Source of the DNA: Vermamoeba vermiformis
Taxonomy: Eukaryota
Length of the DNA stretch: 64,000 nt
Assembly: GCA_045837725.1 (NCBI GenBank)
Contig: JBEWZL010000076.1
Span: 310,001-374,000 of the forward strand
Direction: 5' to 3'
Shown here: in pieces, positions 52,380 through 64,000 of the stretch
Layout of the letters: each line of letters opens with the position of its first letter
How positions within the stretch are numbered: the first letter of the stretch is position 1
Translations under genes and position numbers: made by a program
The notes under the pieces: generated by a model
What the model saw: the letters and a program-made list of their open reading frames with translations, nothing else
Told to the model about the DNA's origin: nothing
Databases searched by the model: none

Positions 52380-53753
52380 CTATCTAAACTGTCCACTAGT
52401 TGAGTTTGTTTTCATCTTCATGTGGTTGGTGATACGACAGGTAAGAGCTGATTTGAGACAGCAGGGCTTGCACAACGAGTTCGAGCAATTGGCATTAATT
52501 GAACATCCGCAATTGCATTGATAGCTTCGTATTTCAATAAATCACTGATTAGTGTTATTTTCAGGCACTTTGTCATCTTCAGACACTGACATTTCAGGTT
52601 GTGGCATGGCTGTAAATGTTTTGAGATTTGTTCGTCACATACAAGTCATCAAATGTTGCCTTTGTCTCAGCTTTCCATAGATCTTGTAATAGAGGAGTTG
52701 CTATTACTGACAGCTCTTGGCCATTGAATCTCCGTAAGTACTTCTTGTTGTCATACATAAAGTGAAAACTGTCGCCTAAGACATTGGCACGAGGAAATGA
52801 CGTCATGCAGGCATTGCGCAGGGTTTGTTCAAAGCCAGCTAAGATGAATTCAGGTCGCCATTGATTTCGAGTACGTTTAAGCAAGAGACTGAAGAATGTG
52901 TTGTAAGTTTCTGCCGTTCGCTCTTCTGATATTAACCAAGCGACGCCCAGAGCATACTTGGCATCAGGAGGCTTGATTAAGAGTGATGCTAAGTATAATT
53001 CACCTTCAATGACATCAAAAGTACCATCGATAAATGCTGTACGACCAAATTTGACCAGGAGACTGACAGCGTCGGGATCCATGCAAACTATCAACACTTG
53101 GGGGTGAAGTATAATTGACAATACGAAGTTTCCATGCATCGATTTGATATTAAATAGGGCATCGGAGCTAGGAAAAGCTTTGTGGCGATGTCTGTAAGTC
53201 ATTTGCCGGATGTTGTTCCCAGAAGTTACATTCTTCGCTGAAATATCTTCTCCTGCATTATCCGCTTCGAGAACTAAGGTCTTGTGAATACGTGATGGAG
53301 GTACTCCGTGGTCTATCATTGCTTTTTTGGTTTTTTTTCCTGCGATAGGTAAGTGCTCGCTATCACCGCCAGGGCAGCTGTAATACTTGCGAATGACTGA
53401 TCGGGACTTATTCCCCTTGAGCTTTTTACTTCCGTAATTCCACCAATTGAAGTCCGACCTATCTAAAGTAATATTATTAATTTATGGTTATTTGGCTTAT
53501 TTAGTTGAAGACCGCTAATATTAATTTTAAAAGAAATCGAATAAATAATTCAAAATATATTGATACTTGAAATTAATACCTGAATCGGAGGGGGTTATGT
53601 ATCCTTGACTATCTTCATCACTACTAGATGCTATAGAGTGCGAAATACTATCGTGGACCGTGTCGCGATCTAGATGCTGATTCGCGAAATTAGTATTGAG
53701 CGCAGGAATGTAACTTTGCTAGTACCGATAAGCGCTGAGACGTCATTGTGCAT
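52380..53753 (-). mobile_element. Decayed Mutator (MULE) transposase gene with WRKY-like and SHI/LRP1-like zinc fingers
   Basis: Exons 53753-53726, 53669-53580, 53462-about 52630. DFNWWNYGSKKLKG...RKYYSC; MULE core AFIDGTF...ERTAETY...ILAGFE (second Asp lost)...GDSFHF; third catalytic region absent; out-of-frame tail CNCGCSINANCSNSLCKPCCLKSALTCRITNH. Confidence 0.8.
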
Positions 53754-53949
53754 TATTTGAGATAAAGGAAGTGACATTTGTGGCCTTCTGTTCGTGAGAG
53801 TTGGTAAAATGAAATCGAATTTTTCATGAAAGAAGACCAAATTTCAGGACAGCAATTTAATGAAAATTTTGTGATCAGCATTAATTTTCAATCATAATTT
53901 CATAAATACCACACGCAACAATATTTGTTGAAGATCTAACCGATCTGCA

Positions 53950-56194
53950 ATGGCAAAAAGAAGTAATAGTGTTACAGGCCTGTTTGGCGCGATTACCGAT
54001 GAAAATAAAGTTCCGCCAGTGATAGAAGAGTGCGTTGACTTCTTAGTGGACCATGGTAATTAATATACGATACGAATCATCGAAAAGATTTTGTGTAACG
54101 GTTATTTTATTGCAGCATCCACGAAGAACTTGTTTTTTGAGACCGGAAATGAGACGAGATTACAGAACTTGAGAGATGAAATTATGAGAGGTAATTAATA
54201 ATCATTTTAATCAATTTAAAATCGAAAATTTGATCCCTAAAATTTGCCGGCGCGATAGATCTTGCTTAAAATAAAAGTCATAAATTGCATAATATTACCC
54301 TCGTGTATTAATACTTTTTATAACTAGGACGAACGAAAGAAATACCCGATGAAGAAGATCCTCATACAATCGCACAACTTTTCTTGCAATGGTTCAAAGC
54401 AGCAAAGTCACCCTTAATCCCGTCTTCATTATCGCTAAAATTATACGCGGCTAGTCTTAGTAAGTCACACTTATACATCTATCGGCAATCGTACGCAATT
54501 ACAGCGGATCCGAAAAAATCTTTTTGATTTGACAACTCCATTTCAATTTGAAATAATACTTGATATAATCTATATTAAATTTAAGTAAACATTTACTTAT
54601 TTTGAGCTCATATGATCAATTTCTGTGAACGAAACGAAATTTTTTTTTCGATCGGATCTTGCTAGCTTAATTCCTCGTGAATAGTTAAATAATCTAATAT
54701 CATTTCTTAGAATCCACAACGGAATTGGTCAAAATGTTCAAAGAAATCGTTGAGTTCTTAACACCTGCTCGTCGCGGCATTTTGAAGCGAACATTGCGCG
54801 TGCTGCACATGATTTGTTTGCACGGAGAAACCTCCGATAAAGACGGAATAATTGCAAAAGAACTGTCTAAGGTATTAACACACGATATTTAATTAAGTAA
54901 CAACAATATAATAATTTTTTTTGATAGTTGTTCAGACCGTTTTTGTTGGATCTGGGTGACGGTAAGTAATTAATTTTAATATGATTAATGGTCTAATTAT
55001 GTTCACAGACGAGGCTAGAAACAAAATAGGCGAACAAGTTGTTATGCAAGCCATTATCAATTACAAAGAGTTGTTCAAATATCGCACGGTACGCGCACTT
55101 TTCAACCACGAAATCTCATTTTGATCGATTTTAACTCCGATCTCTTATCGATTTTTCCATATTAGGCAAGTGCTCCTCCACGTGTTATTGTCCGCCAAGA
55201 CACTGAACCAACCCCACCGAATCCAGAGCTCGAGAAAGCGATGGCTGAAGGCTCGGTCATTTCTCCAAAAAGAGCCAAGAATTTCACCGCTGAAATTGTC
55301 AAATATTACCTCGCACACAAATACAACGAGCTGTTTGCTAAAGGCGTGCCTAGTCCGCATCCGTGGTGGAAAAATGTACCCGTGTTCACCCCTGACTCGT
55401 TGAAGGCCCTGGTCGACTCGTGGAAAGAAAAAGAAGAAGTTGCACAGTTGATTGAAAAGGCGCAGAAGAGTCCTTTGATTGGTAAGTACAAATAAGGAAA
55501 TATCGGTCGAAGACATAGTTCGACAGGTGTCACAAGTTGTACTGCCAAATTTTTTCACGCACTCGAAGCGCGAGATATTTTTCGTTTAAATATTTTCTTA
55601 TACCATTATTATTGATACTAATATAATATTATAGAGGAGCATATTGAAAAAGAGCCTGGATCTCTCAAGGCCGAGAAGAAATTGCCGGACACAGCCCTCG
55701 AATGGGTCACAGAAGAAGCCGTGGGAGATTACGATGCAGATTATTTCCTAAAAAAGCAACAGGAAGAAGAAGAGCTACGAAAACGCGAGCAAGATGAACG
55801 AAGAAAAAAAGCCGATGAAGAATTTGAACGAAAAAAACGCGAGAAAGAGGAAGAAGAGAAAAAGAAACTTGAAGCGAAACGAATTGAAGAAGAGAAGAAA
55901 AAAGAATTGCGAAGAATTGCCAAAGAACAAGCGGAAAAAATCGTCGAAAAAGAACAGATCGAGAAAAAGAAAAAACACGAAGAAGAATGGAAAAAACGTG
56001 AAGAAGAATTGGCACGTCAACGAGAAGAATACAAAAAAGCACATCCAGAAGAAGATAACGATGAATATGAAGAGGTGATTACTGTAGTTAAAAAAGTGCC
56101 CGCCAAAAAATCATCGAGTCCAACTTCACCGCGAGATCTGACTGGTGCCACTGATGCAGGAGACACAGCTAACAAAACAAGTCCTAGAAATTAA
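53950..56194 (+). CDS. RhoGAP-fold protein lacking the arginine finger, with E/K/R coiled-coil tail
   Basis: LFG...VPPVIEECVDFL...TKNLFFETG...DPHTIAQLFLQWFK...PLIP...AKELSKLFRPFLL; long charged C-terminal exon 55635-56194. Confidence 0.8.
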
Positions 56195-56292
56195 ATTAGA
56201 CTACTAGTCGTATCATAATGTACAGATGTATTTAAACCAACACTAATATTTTACGATTTTTATTTTTGCCTACAAAATTTGTAACGGCTTTC

Positions 56293-57645
56293 CTAATTAG
56301 GAAATATTTTCTTCAGTAAAGGACCATAACCTAACAATTCGAATATGTCAAGCCAAATCTCGTGCGGTAGTAACTGCCATACAAAGCTATGTACGAAATT
56401 ATGCATTAATATCACTACGTTTCCGCTAGCAATTTTTTTGTTAATTCGACACTCTTCTTGGATCCGCTTCAATCCTCTGCTCGTCAATGAGCAATTAAAG
56501 AATTGTAAGGATAATATTAACCGATTGGTTTGGACTAAATTCAGCCATTGACCTTCTGATATTCCTGCGTTGAATGGTAACATGATCCGCTGCATGGATC
56601 TGCTTTGTACCAAGGCGTTGGAAATTGGCGTCAGATCCAGGCTGAAATTTTTGACGTCGAACCAGAGTTGCTGTAGTGTGTTATTCTGATGTATCATATT
56701 CGCAATGTCGTTAATGCCTCTTTGAGTTATATTATCATCGCCTAATGTTAGACTTCGTAGTGTTTGATTGACCCTCAGTGCGTGAGACAAATACTTGCAA
56801 AGCTTGTCGGAGATGCTTCCGTTGAAATTCGTGACTGTCAATTTAATCAATGAGGAATTATACTGCAGGATATTGCCCCATGACTTGCACGTCAAAGTGG
56901 ATGCTGCGGATCTAATCTCAAACGCGAGACTTGTGTATTGCAAGGGCTTCTTCTCCATGAGCTCTATCAATTGATCTGCTACATAGTCGTATCCTAATAA
57001 GGTTATTTGGTTCAGATGCTGATTTGCCATTATCCCGCGAATTACAAGTTGAGTGCATTCTTGCGACCGAACGTCTTCAGAATAGTAGTGTGCAAGCCTA
57101 AAGACCTTCAAGCTCGGATGATTCGCTAAAACATCGCGAATAGCTTCATAGTAGATCATACTAATTGAGTTATACAAGTGCAGATCCAAGCAAGTCAAGT
57201 TTGATTTGTTGCGTATGACGTCGCACAGGTCAGTGATTGAGTGGGGAGGGTAGCATGAAAAATTAAAACAGACTTCTTTAATCGCTGGATTAGTTTCTAA
57301 TTCTTGCAGGAAAATTGAACTCGGTTGCGGTTCTTTATCGCTACTCCAAATTTTAATTCTGTCGAATGGCTCAAAATTTCTTCTTGCGTTGATGACTGAG
57401 TCCGTATGATTATTGAGTAAACCTTCAAGAATTAATGACCGCGGCATCGGGAAATTGTTTCTTATTAGTTGCAATATAAAGTCTGTTGCATGGACGGTGT
57501 CGTAGGTACTCAAATAGTCTAGCAAAATGAACTTCTTCAACTGCTGGTCCGTCAAGTTAAATTTCTCCTGGATGCTGCGGTAACGTTTCAGATCCTGCTC
57601 TCCGAATTAGAATACAATTCGAAAACAATTATAATATCCTACCAT
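56293..57645 (-). CDS. RNI-like LRR protein with C-terminal F-box-like motif
   Basis: ATG-only exon 1, then one long exon; repeats NSSLIKLTV, NQTLRSLTLGDDNITQRG, NNTLQQLWF; ends LLPHEIWLDIFELLG. Confidence 0.8.
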
Positions 57646-58162
57646 ATTGTTGCTATCAATTGATTGTAATTGATTATTATTAGCCGAACAATAAAGTATG
57701 TTCTGCGGGTTCTCAACTTTTTCGTGTCACAAAACGAGGAACTGGTGGAAATTTCTCGTTGAATTACAACGGTTAAGTATACTTAAGATTCCCCTTAAAT
57801 GTTTTAATTCAAGGAGAAAATAAGATTTATACTCCAAAACAATGTCAGAACAAATCGACAAGATATATTCGTCGTGCTGGCAACGTAAGCTTGCCATTAG
57901 TTCGAGTGGCAATCTGACAGGAAAACTTAATACCTTCAATTATGCGTAATATAATCACTGCATGGTACTTACTTGTTGCAACGAGTGCTTGTCTGCGTCA
58001 GAACCATAACATCGATGGTGAAGATCTGGATCTGATCCGGTGATTCGCCATTCCCTAAGACAATCCAATAGGTGATCGCTCCATAGTAGTCTGTGGGTCC
58101 ATATGATGTCACTTAGAAGAAGTCCTTGTGCGTACCTAACGCGAGATCCAGATCCAGTTTTT

Positions 58163-61100
58163 TCACGTCCTCACATTAGAATGTAGTGCGGTTCTAGTTC
58201 AAATAGAAATACAATTAATTTATTCAAAATGACTAATACGCACCACTTTTGAGGTGAGTAGTGGTTCTGACATCAGTGTCTATAGTCGTTTTCTTCCAGC
58301 CTTTGTTGCGCGAGAAGTTGACGAAAATGGATGTGGCCTTGAAAAGCAAAATGAAAATGACGGCAGGACCCAACTCTACGATGTATATGAATATAAGCAC
58401 TCCAATAACACTTCTGGCGGTGGCTTGTTCGAATGAGATCCAGATCAGACTGGCGGATTGAGCCAGGAGGCAGATGGTGCAGACCGATGAAATTATAATC
58501 AGCTAAATAAATAGCGTTAATAAATATATATATATTTAGAAGGCATAATGCCTACCTTAAGGAGCTTTCTGTATCTTGCAGTTCGTCGAATTTTGTCTTC
58601 AGCATCCAGTTCCATCGCGAGCTTGTTCGACTCTCGCATCATCTTGATAATCTTCGTGCCATAAACAGCAAAGAGTATCGAGAAGGTCAAGCAAAATGCG
58701 GAGAATACAATGTGATAAATGATCGTCACAATCTCAGCGCCAGTTTGTTCGACGACAAAGTCCGAGGCACAGCTGAGCACGTCATTGGGACCATCAGGCT
58801 GCGCTAAGAATACGGCCAATAAGACTATAAAGGCTGCGGCAATAAAGGCGTTGACGGCTATGACTACTGGCTTGAGTCTATTGAACGACTTGTCGTGCCC
58901 TGAGGTCATCGTAAAGTGACAGATCTCGGCCCTAAAAACAACTCGTGTTAATTACATGAGACTACAAAACACCTTCCTACGTACCATCGCAACACGATCA
59001 ACGAGTAGATGCACAAATAGAACATTGCGGGCAATTCGGAGAATAAAACATCCGCGACACGTGACTGCTCGAGAATGCCGTTGGGAAGCAGCATCAAATA
59101 CAAGAACCGATCTATAATATGCATTAATTAAGACTTCACCTAAGGACGTATATGATGATTATTTACCTAGTAACATTAAGCCAAGGACGATGAGAGCCAA
59201 GCGACCGACGCGACAGAAGGACTTGGTGTGAGTTCTACGGTGTTCCTGCGCGTGATGATAAATGTGCCAGATGGTGAGTGCCATGCCGAGCAAGTACAAG
59301 AAGGCACCAAAGTAAATCACAAAGATCTCGCCAGGTTGCAATGTTTGAATGAACGACGCGCTCTCCCAGTCTGCAATCAAACCTACTGGGAACACGACCA
59401 AGCCTGATGACGTGACATTTGCACACGCGTATCTTGCACTCGAGTTAGCACGTGCAAATTAATGGGAATAGTAATAGAGGTACTTACTGATCGCCAAACT
59501 TCAAGTTCAATCCGAGAGCTGTGAAAGAAGTCCAATCTTCGTTTGGCATGGCAAGGTCGAGCACTGTCAAATCCATATCGGAGTTTTCATCTGCTGGCAA
59601 CTTGACGCACACTTTCAGGGTGCCTGTGGCGAAGTCACCTGGCGGATCCACGCTCAAACCATCACCAAGAATTTCACCGACAGCAACACCGTCCTCGTTC
59701 TTGATGAATCGAACTTGTGCAGCTTTGCCTGCTTGAGACAACGAGACCGTCACGCTGGATAAGGTCGCCAGACGTCTTTGCAAGAACTGAGACTGCGGTA
59801 CTTGTGCCACAGTAATGTCCATGCAGTCACTCGTGCGACTCGTAAACGATTGCTAATAACACATTAGAACAAGGCTCTCATAGTGATAGTCGGTCCTTAC
59901 CTCAACAGTGAGGTAGCCTAATTGAACGTCGTAGGTGGTAGGTACGTTATTGCACGCTTGAACAACAGAAATGACGGACTCAGTGATGCTGGAGAAACAC
60001 TGCGCAGAGCCCTTGTCGAGGCCACAGTCACACGCTAAGAGGTCCAAGGAGGAAATGAGCTTGTTGTAGCGGCAGTAGATGTTGGTCGTGACAATGTTCG
60101 AGTACTTTCGTGCAGTAGCACGTCTGAACATTGACTTGAACATGGTTTGATTGAGCGCTGGTGTCCAAGTGTTCGCTGTCGTGAAATTTCGCGTGGCCCA
60201 GCTGAACGGGATAAATTGTGACGGAACCCATCGAGACTATGAGGGTTAATTAATTAGCGATTGTCGAATGCAACTACAATAGTACTTACTGGTCGATAAG
60301 AGTATATGGACTCGTAGCGTGCGTTACACTTGGTGCACTCGGACTCGTTCTTGAATGTCACGCCACTAGGTCTTTTGTAATCAAATGACTCGGTGTACGT
60401 GCCCTCAATGCACACACTGCCTGCTCGACGACAAGTTTCTTCACCGCGTTTTTGCGTGCTGATCCACCAGCCACTCTCTGCTGCACAATCAGTCTGGTTC
60501 AGCGTACCATCATAACAGCCTTCAGGAGTCCATCGCTCGCCACTGAAACAATCGCCATTGGTTCTGAAGGGAAGATGGCAGCCGACATGATTGCCGCATG
60601 TGCCAGTAGTGGTGCAATTGTATTGATCACACGTTGAACAACCGTCGCAGTAGAAAGACGACAAGCACGTGTCCTGTACTTGGTAGTTAGTACGGAGTTA
60701 ATTCTATTGCAATAATAGTAGTTCCTACTTGAGCAACGAAGCTGTAGCTCGGAGCACAGAATCCAACACTCTCGCAGCTCGTTTTCGTCATCAAGACGTC
60801 CGTCAATAAAGCACTGCCAGGCCACCAACTGGTCTTGCCAGCACCAGCAGCCATGCACAATTGATAGTTGCCAATAGTGACGTCAGCGCAGAGTCCATAA
60901 GTCACCGAGTCAATCGACCATTGTTGCCAGGTCAACTGCAGTCCAGTAATATTCGCAATGGTGCAGCCTGTTTGCGTGGTGATTGATGGCACGTAACACA
61001 CAGGGTCACAGGCACCAGCTAACTGTTCGTCAGCAGTGCAATATTGAGCCGGGAAACACACTGAATGCGCGGTACTGTTTGCCTTGCACTTCTCTTGGAA

Positions 61101-64000
61101 GGGTCGCAAAGGATTGTACAGACCACCCACGACAGCGCACGCTTCCTCTTCATCGGCGTCAATGTACACGCACGTTGCAGGAACCGAGACCTACGCTGGA
61201 TTAACAACACTGTCGGGAACATGTTCGCCAAACATACCTCGTAACATTTGCTGCCATAACAGACTTGACAGAACTGCTCGCTCATTGTGGGATCCAAACA
61301 GTTCTCTGCGACCACAGTTAGACGGTGATAATAATACTAGTGTAATATACCTTGTGTGCACGTGGCCGGTGAGTCAAAATCATTACACAAAGCCCAGTTG
61401 CAGCTTTGCGTGGACAAGCACTCAGTCACATTCGAAGCTTGCGCGGATGAAATAGTGCCAATGCCAATGCACGTGTCATCAATGAGTGCGTCATAGAACT
61501 GTGCTCGGTATTCAGTTTGAGGTGCAGTAACTTCAAAAACAAGTTTAACAACAGAAACTAAGATTTTTTAAGGCACTTACGACTAATCTTTAGATCTTGC
61601 TTGATGTAAGCTGTGACGAACGGGTTCATGTTCTTTTCTAGGCACTACAAGACTGGCGTTAGAGAATCAAACGGAAGGTTCAGAAAAGATCCGGATCTTA
61701 CCCCAACGAAGATGTTGGACGAATCAGAGCGGTTGTGAGTGGAGTATTGGTCGTACAACAAACACGTGCGTGAGTTCTGCACAGTGAGGCACGAGCCAGT
61801 CTCGCAATCACTGTCCACAAGACAAGGGATCGTGCAGTAACCTACGCCCAAACACAACGAGTCTTGAATGCCAAGCACATTCTGGCAACCGGTACTGTAG
61901 TAACATTAATATAACGCCTATAATTATTTATTCAAAGAACTTACTGGCTTTCGCAGAGTGTTTGGAAAATGGTGGATGTGCATTGACCCCAAGGATCTTC
62001 CGTAAAGATTGGATCTCCGAGTGCCTGATATTTACCTCGTTAATCATATGCCATGTGATATGTAGGATGATAGACTTACGTCAAAACTCTCCTTGGAACA
62101 GCCGCTGAACAGATCTCCCGTTGTTTCTGCGAGCACGATGTAGTCTTGCGCGCTTTGCTGTAATAATCGAAATTAGCGTCACTCGCTGACATTATATATA
62201 TAAGTAACAGGTGCCTACCTCAGTACAACTAGGGTAGTTACATTGACTTTTGATGCTATCGGAGTTAATGGCGTAGCTCGTGACAGGTGCTTGCACATCG
62301 CGTGGAACACAGCACATTGTGTCTTGAAGACTACAAAACTGTTAATGACATGCATAATGTGATTGTCTATAATATATAAGTGCACTTACGCTGGGTTGCA
62401 GCAAGGATCGGTCAAGTATTCTTCGGATGTGCTGTTGGTCGCGTAACAAGATCTTGTTTGATTGATGTATTGCATGGATACCGAGCTCGTCAATAGACCT
62501 GTTTGAACCATTTCAACGCACCCGAGCCATGCATTGCTAATCGTGTAAGCAACGGCCTAAAAGAGCGGATCAATTAAAGTTCAATAGAAGATTCATGATC
62601 TAAAGCCAATCAACAGTATCGTCGATGCCGCTACTGTAAACGTAAATATATATAAGAGTCAACATACTCTAAACAGATAGTCATCTACGTCTGAGAGCAG
62701 TTCTGTATTCGATTGCTTCAAAGATGTAACCACATCCGAAATGCCTTTCAATACCTAGTAAGTATCTTGTCGTTTATATTGTATAATCTCCGTACCTCGA
62801 GTAGTTACTTCGAAACTTTGCTTCGAGCAAGTTAAAGGACGCTTAGTAAATGGTGCAGTGTTCGCTACGACCTGTACACGAAGAAGATCCGCTTTAGTTG
62901 ACTATAAAAGCTATTCATAGTAATTTGATTGTGCGTTACCTCGCCTCGACTATTGATGACGTAAGGAAATGAGACTAAACAGCTTGGATCCGACAAAAGC
63001 TCGCCAGGGAATGGAAAGGTAGTTACAGATCGCTAAAACAGCAGTAATATTATTAATAATCGTCGCATTATCAACTATGTAACGTACATTCTCGGACTTG
63101 AGGGTCACCAGCTTTGTTACTAAGCCAATGCTAAGCTGTTTTGGGTTGTAGTCGATCTCGGTTTTCAAAAGCCTAAGCAAATTAGCTTTGAATCACATTT
63201 GTATGGTATACTTACGTAATAGTCGCTAAATATGAGAACAGAGGGTCATTTGAAGGCGTAAAAAACATGCAAAAGCCAGTATCGCATTCATTAGCTGAAA
63301 ACGACCTGTTGCTGTTCGGGCAAGTGATTTGTAAAGGGCCTAGTGAGGTTAATATACATATGTGGCACGTGCATATAACTTACTGAGCCAATAGAAGTCC
63401 GTTAAACTCAGCAATGAAGCATCATCTAAAAATATTAGCCGAGATCAACATCCGTTACAAAAGACATACCAAAAAGCGCTACATCGTAAGAAGTATCCGT
63501 AAACGATGCTACAGTAATATATACAGTGCCATTCCACGCAGGATTATCGTTTAGAATCGTGCTGCAACACTTTAAAAATGCTTCAGATCCGACAGCTACA
63601 AAAATAATTGTTATAAACATTGAATTTTATATTTTATCGCATGACTTACTCTCAGATTTGTAATTGCTGCCATCCACACGAGGATTTGGATTGTCAAACT
63701 GAATTGAGACGTAAATGTCCGGATCTCCTGCCCAAGTACGCGCCAAAAATACGACAGAATCGCATGTTTGATAATTATCTACGCGAAATTCATATGTCCT
63801 CGATTGGTCAGCTGCATAAATAAATTTTAGTATGTAGCCGTTACATAATTTTAAAAATTAATGAATTTTCTCGGGATCAAGTAATTCAACAAAGTACTAT
63901 CTCATAGTACTAATTATCATACGTACTAGTTAAGTTTTCTCGTTTAATATTCGTAGTTGAATCCACGCACACGTGGTCAGCGCCAACAGGTGTGTAGCAG
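58163..64000 (-). CDS. Very large Cys-rich ectodomain + 7TM (THH1/TOM1-like) receptor; 5' end beyond the window
   Basis: Many GT-AG exons: PPC-like GDPDIYVS, repeated Cys-rich modules (DPCC...CC), GEILGDGL region, then seven hydrophobic segments including DRFLYLMLLP and FSELPAMFYLCIYSLIVLRWAEICH. Stop position uncertain (58163 or 58113). Confidence 0.8.

Noticed and set aside
49380-53900. Terminal inverted repeats enclosing the CR gene and the MULE relic
   Set aside because: No convincing inverted match or 9-bp TSD found by eye.
57700-58140. Open frame with a GTAAGT donor between the LRR/F-box and 7TM genes
   Set aside because: No clear start codon, no recognisable product and no consistent downstream exon.

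Overview
Gene-dense eukaryotic nuclear DNA with short, AT-rich GT-AG introns. The gene content and one U12-type intron suggest a free-living, probably amoebozoan-like protist (inference only). I spliced about 29 gene models by hand. Housekeeping and signalling genes: two head-to-head Sec23 paralogues (one with an intronic tRNA-Pro), ERH, a CaMK-family kinase, a Nudix hydrolase, two tandem class-3 lipases, a carotenoid oxygenase, a sterol C4-methyl oxidase-like enzyme, a RasGEF, a pseudo-RhoGAP, an RBR ligase, several F-box proteins and two 7TM receptors. Highlights: (1) an IRAK/Pelle-like death domain fused to a RAMA-like DNA-binding domain; (2) a SAM-NTPase-REase Crinkler-type gene with a likely mitochondrial presequence and strong CpG depletion, tail-to-tail with a decayed Mutator transposase that carries WRKY-like and SHI/LRP1-like zinc fingers; (3) one U12 intron at the same repeat position as six U2 introns in an LRR receptor; (4) two young non-autonomous insertions, one of which interrupts the RasGEF catalytic exon; (5) an F-box/ankyrin protein with a nucleoporin-like FG insert; (6) an intronless Fic gene 31 nt behind its neighbour. 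All domain calls come from motif recognition by eye and need HMM or structure confirmation.
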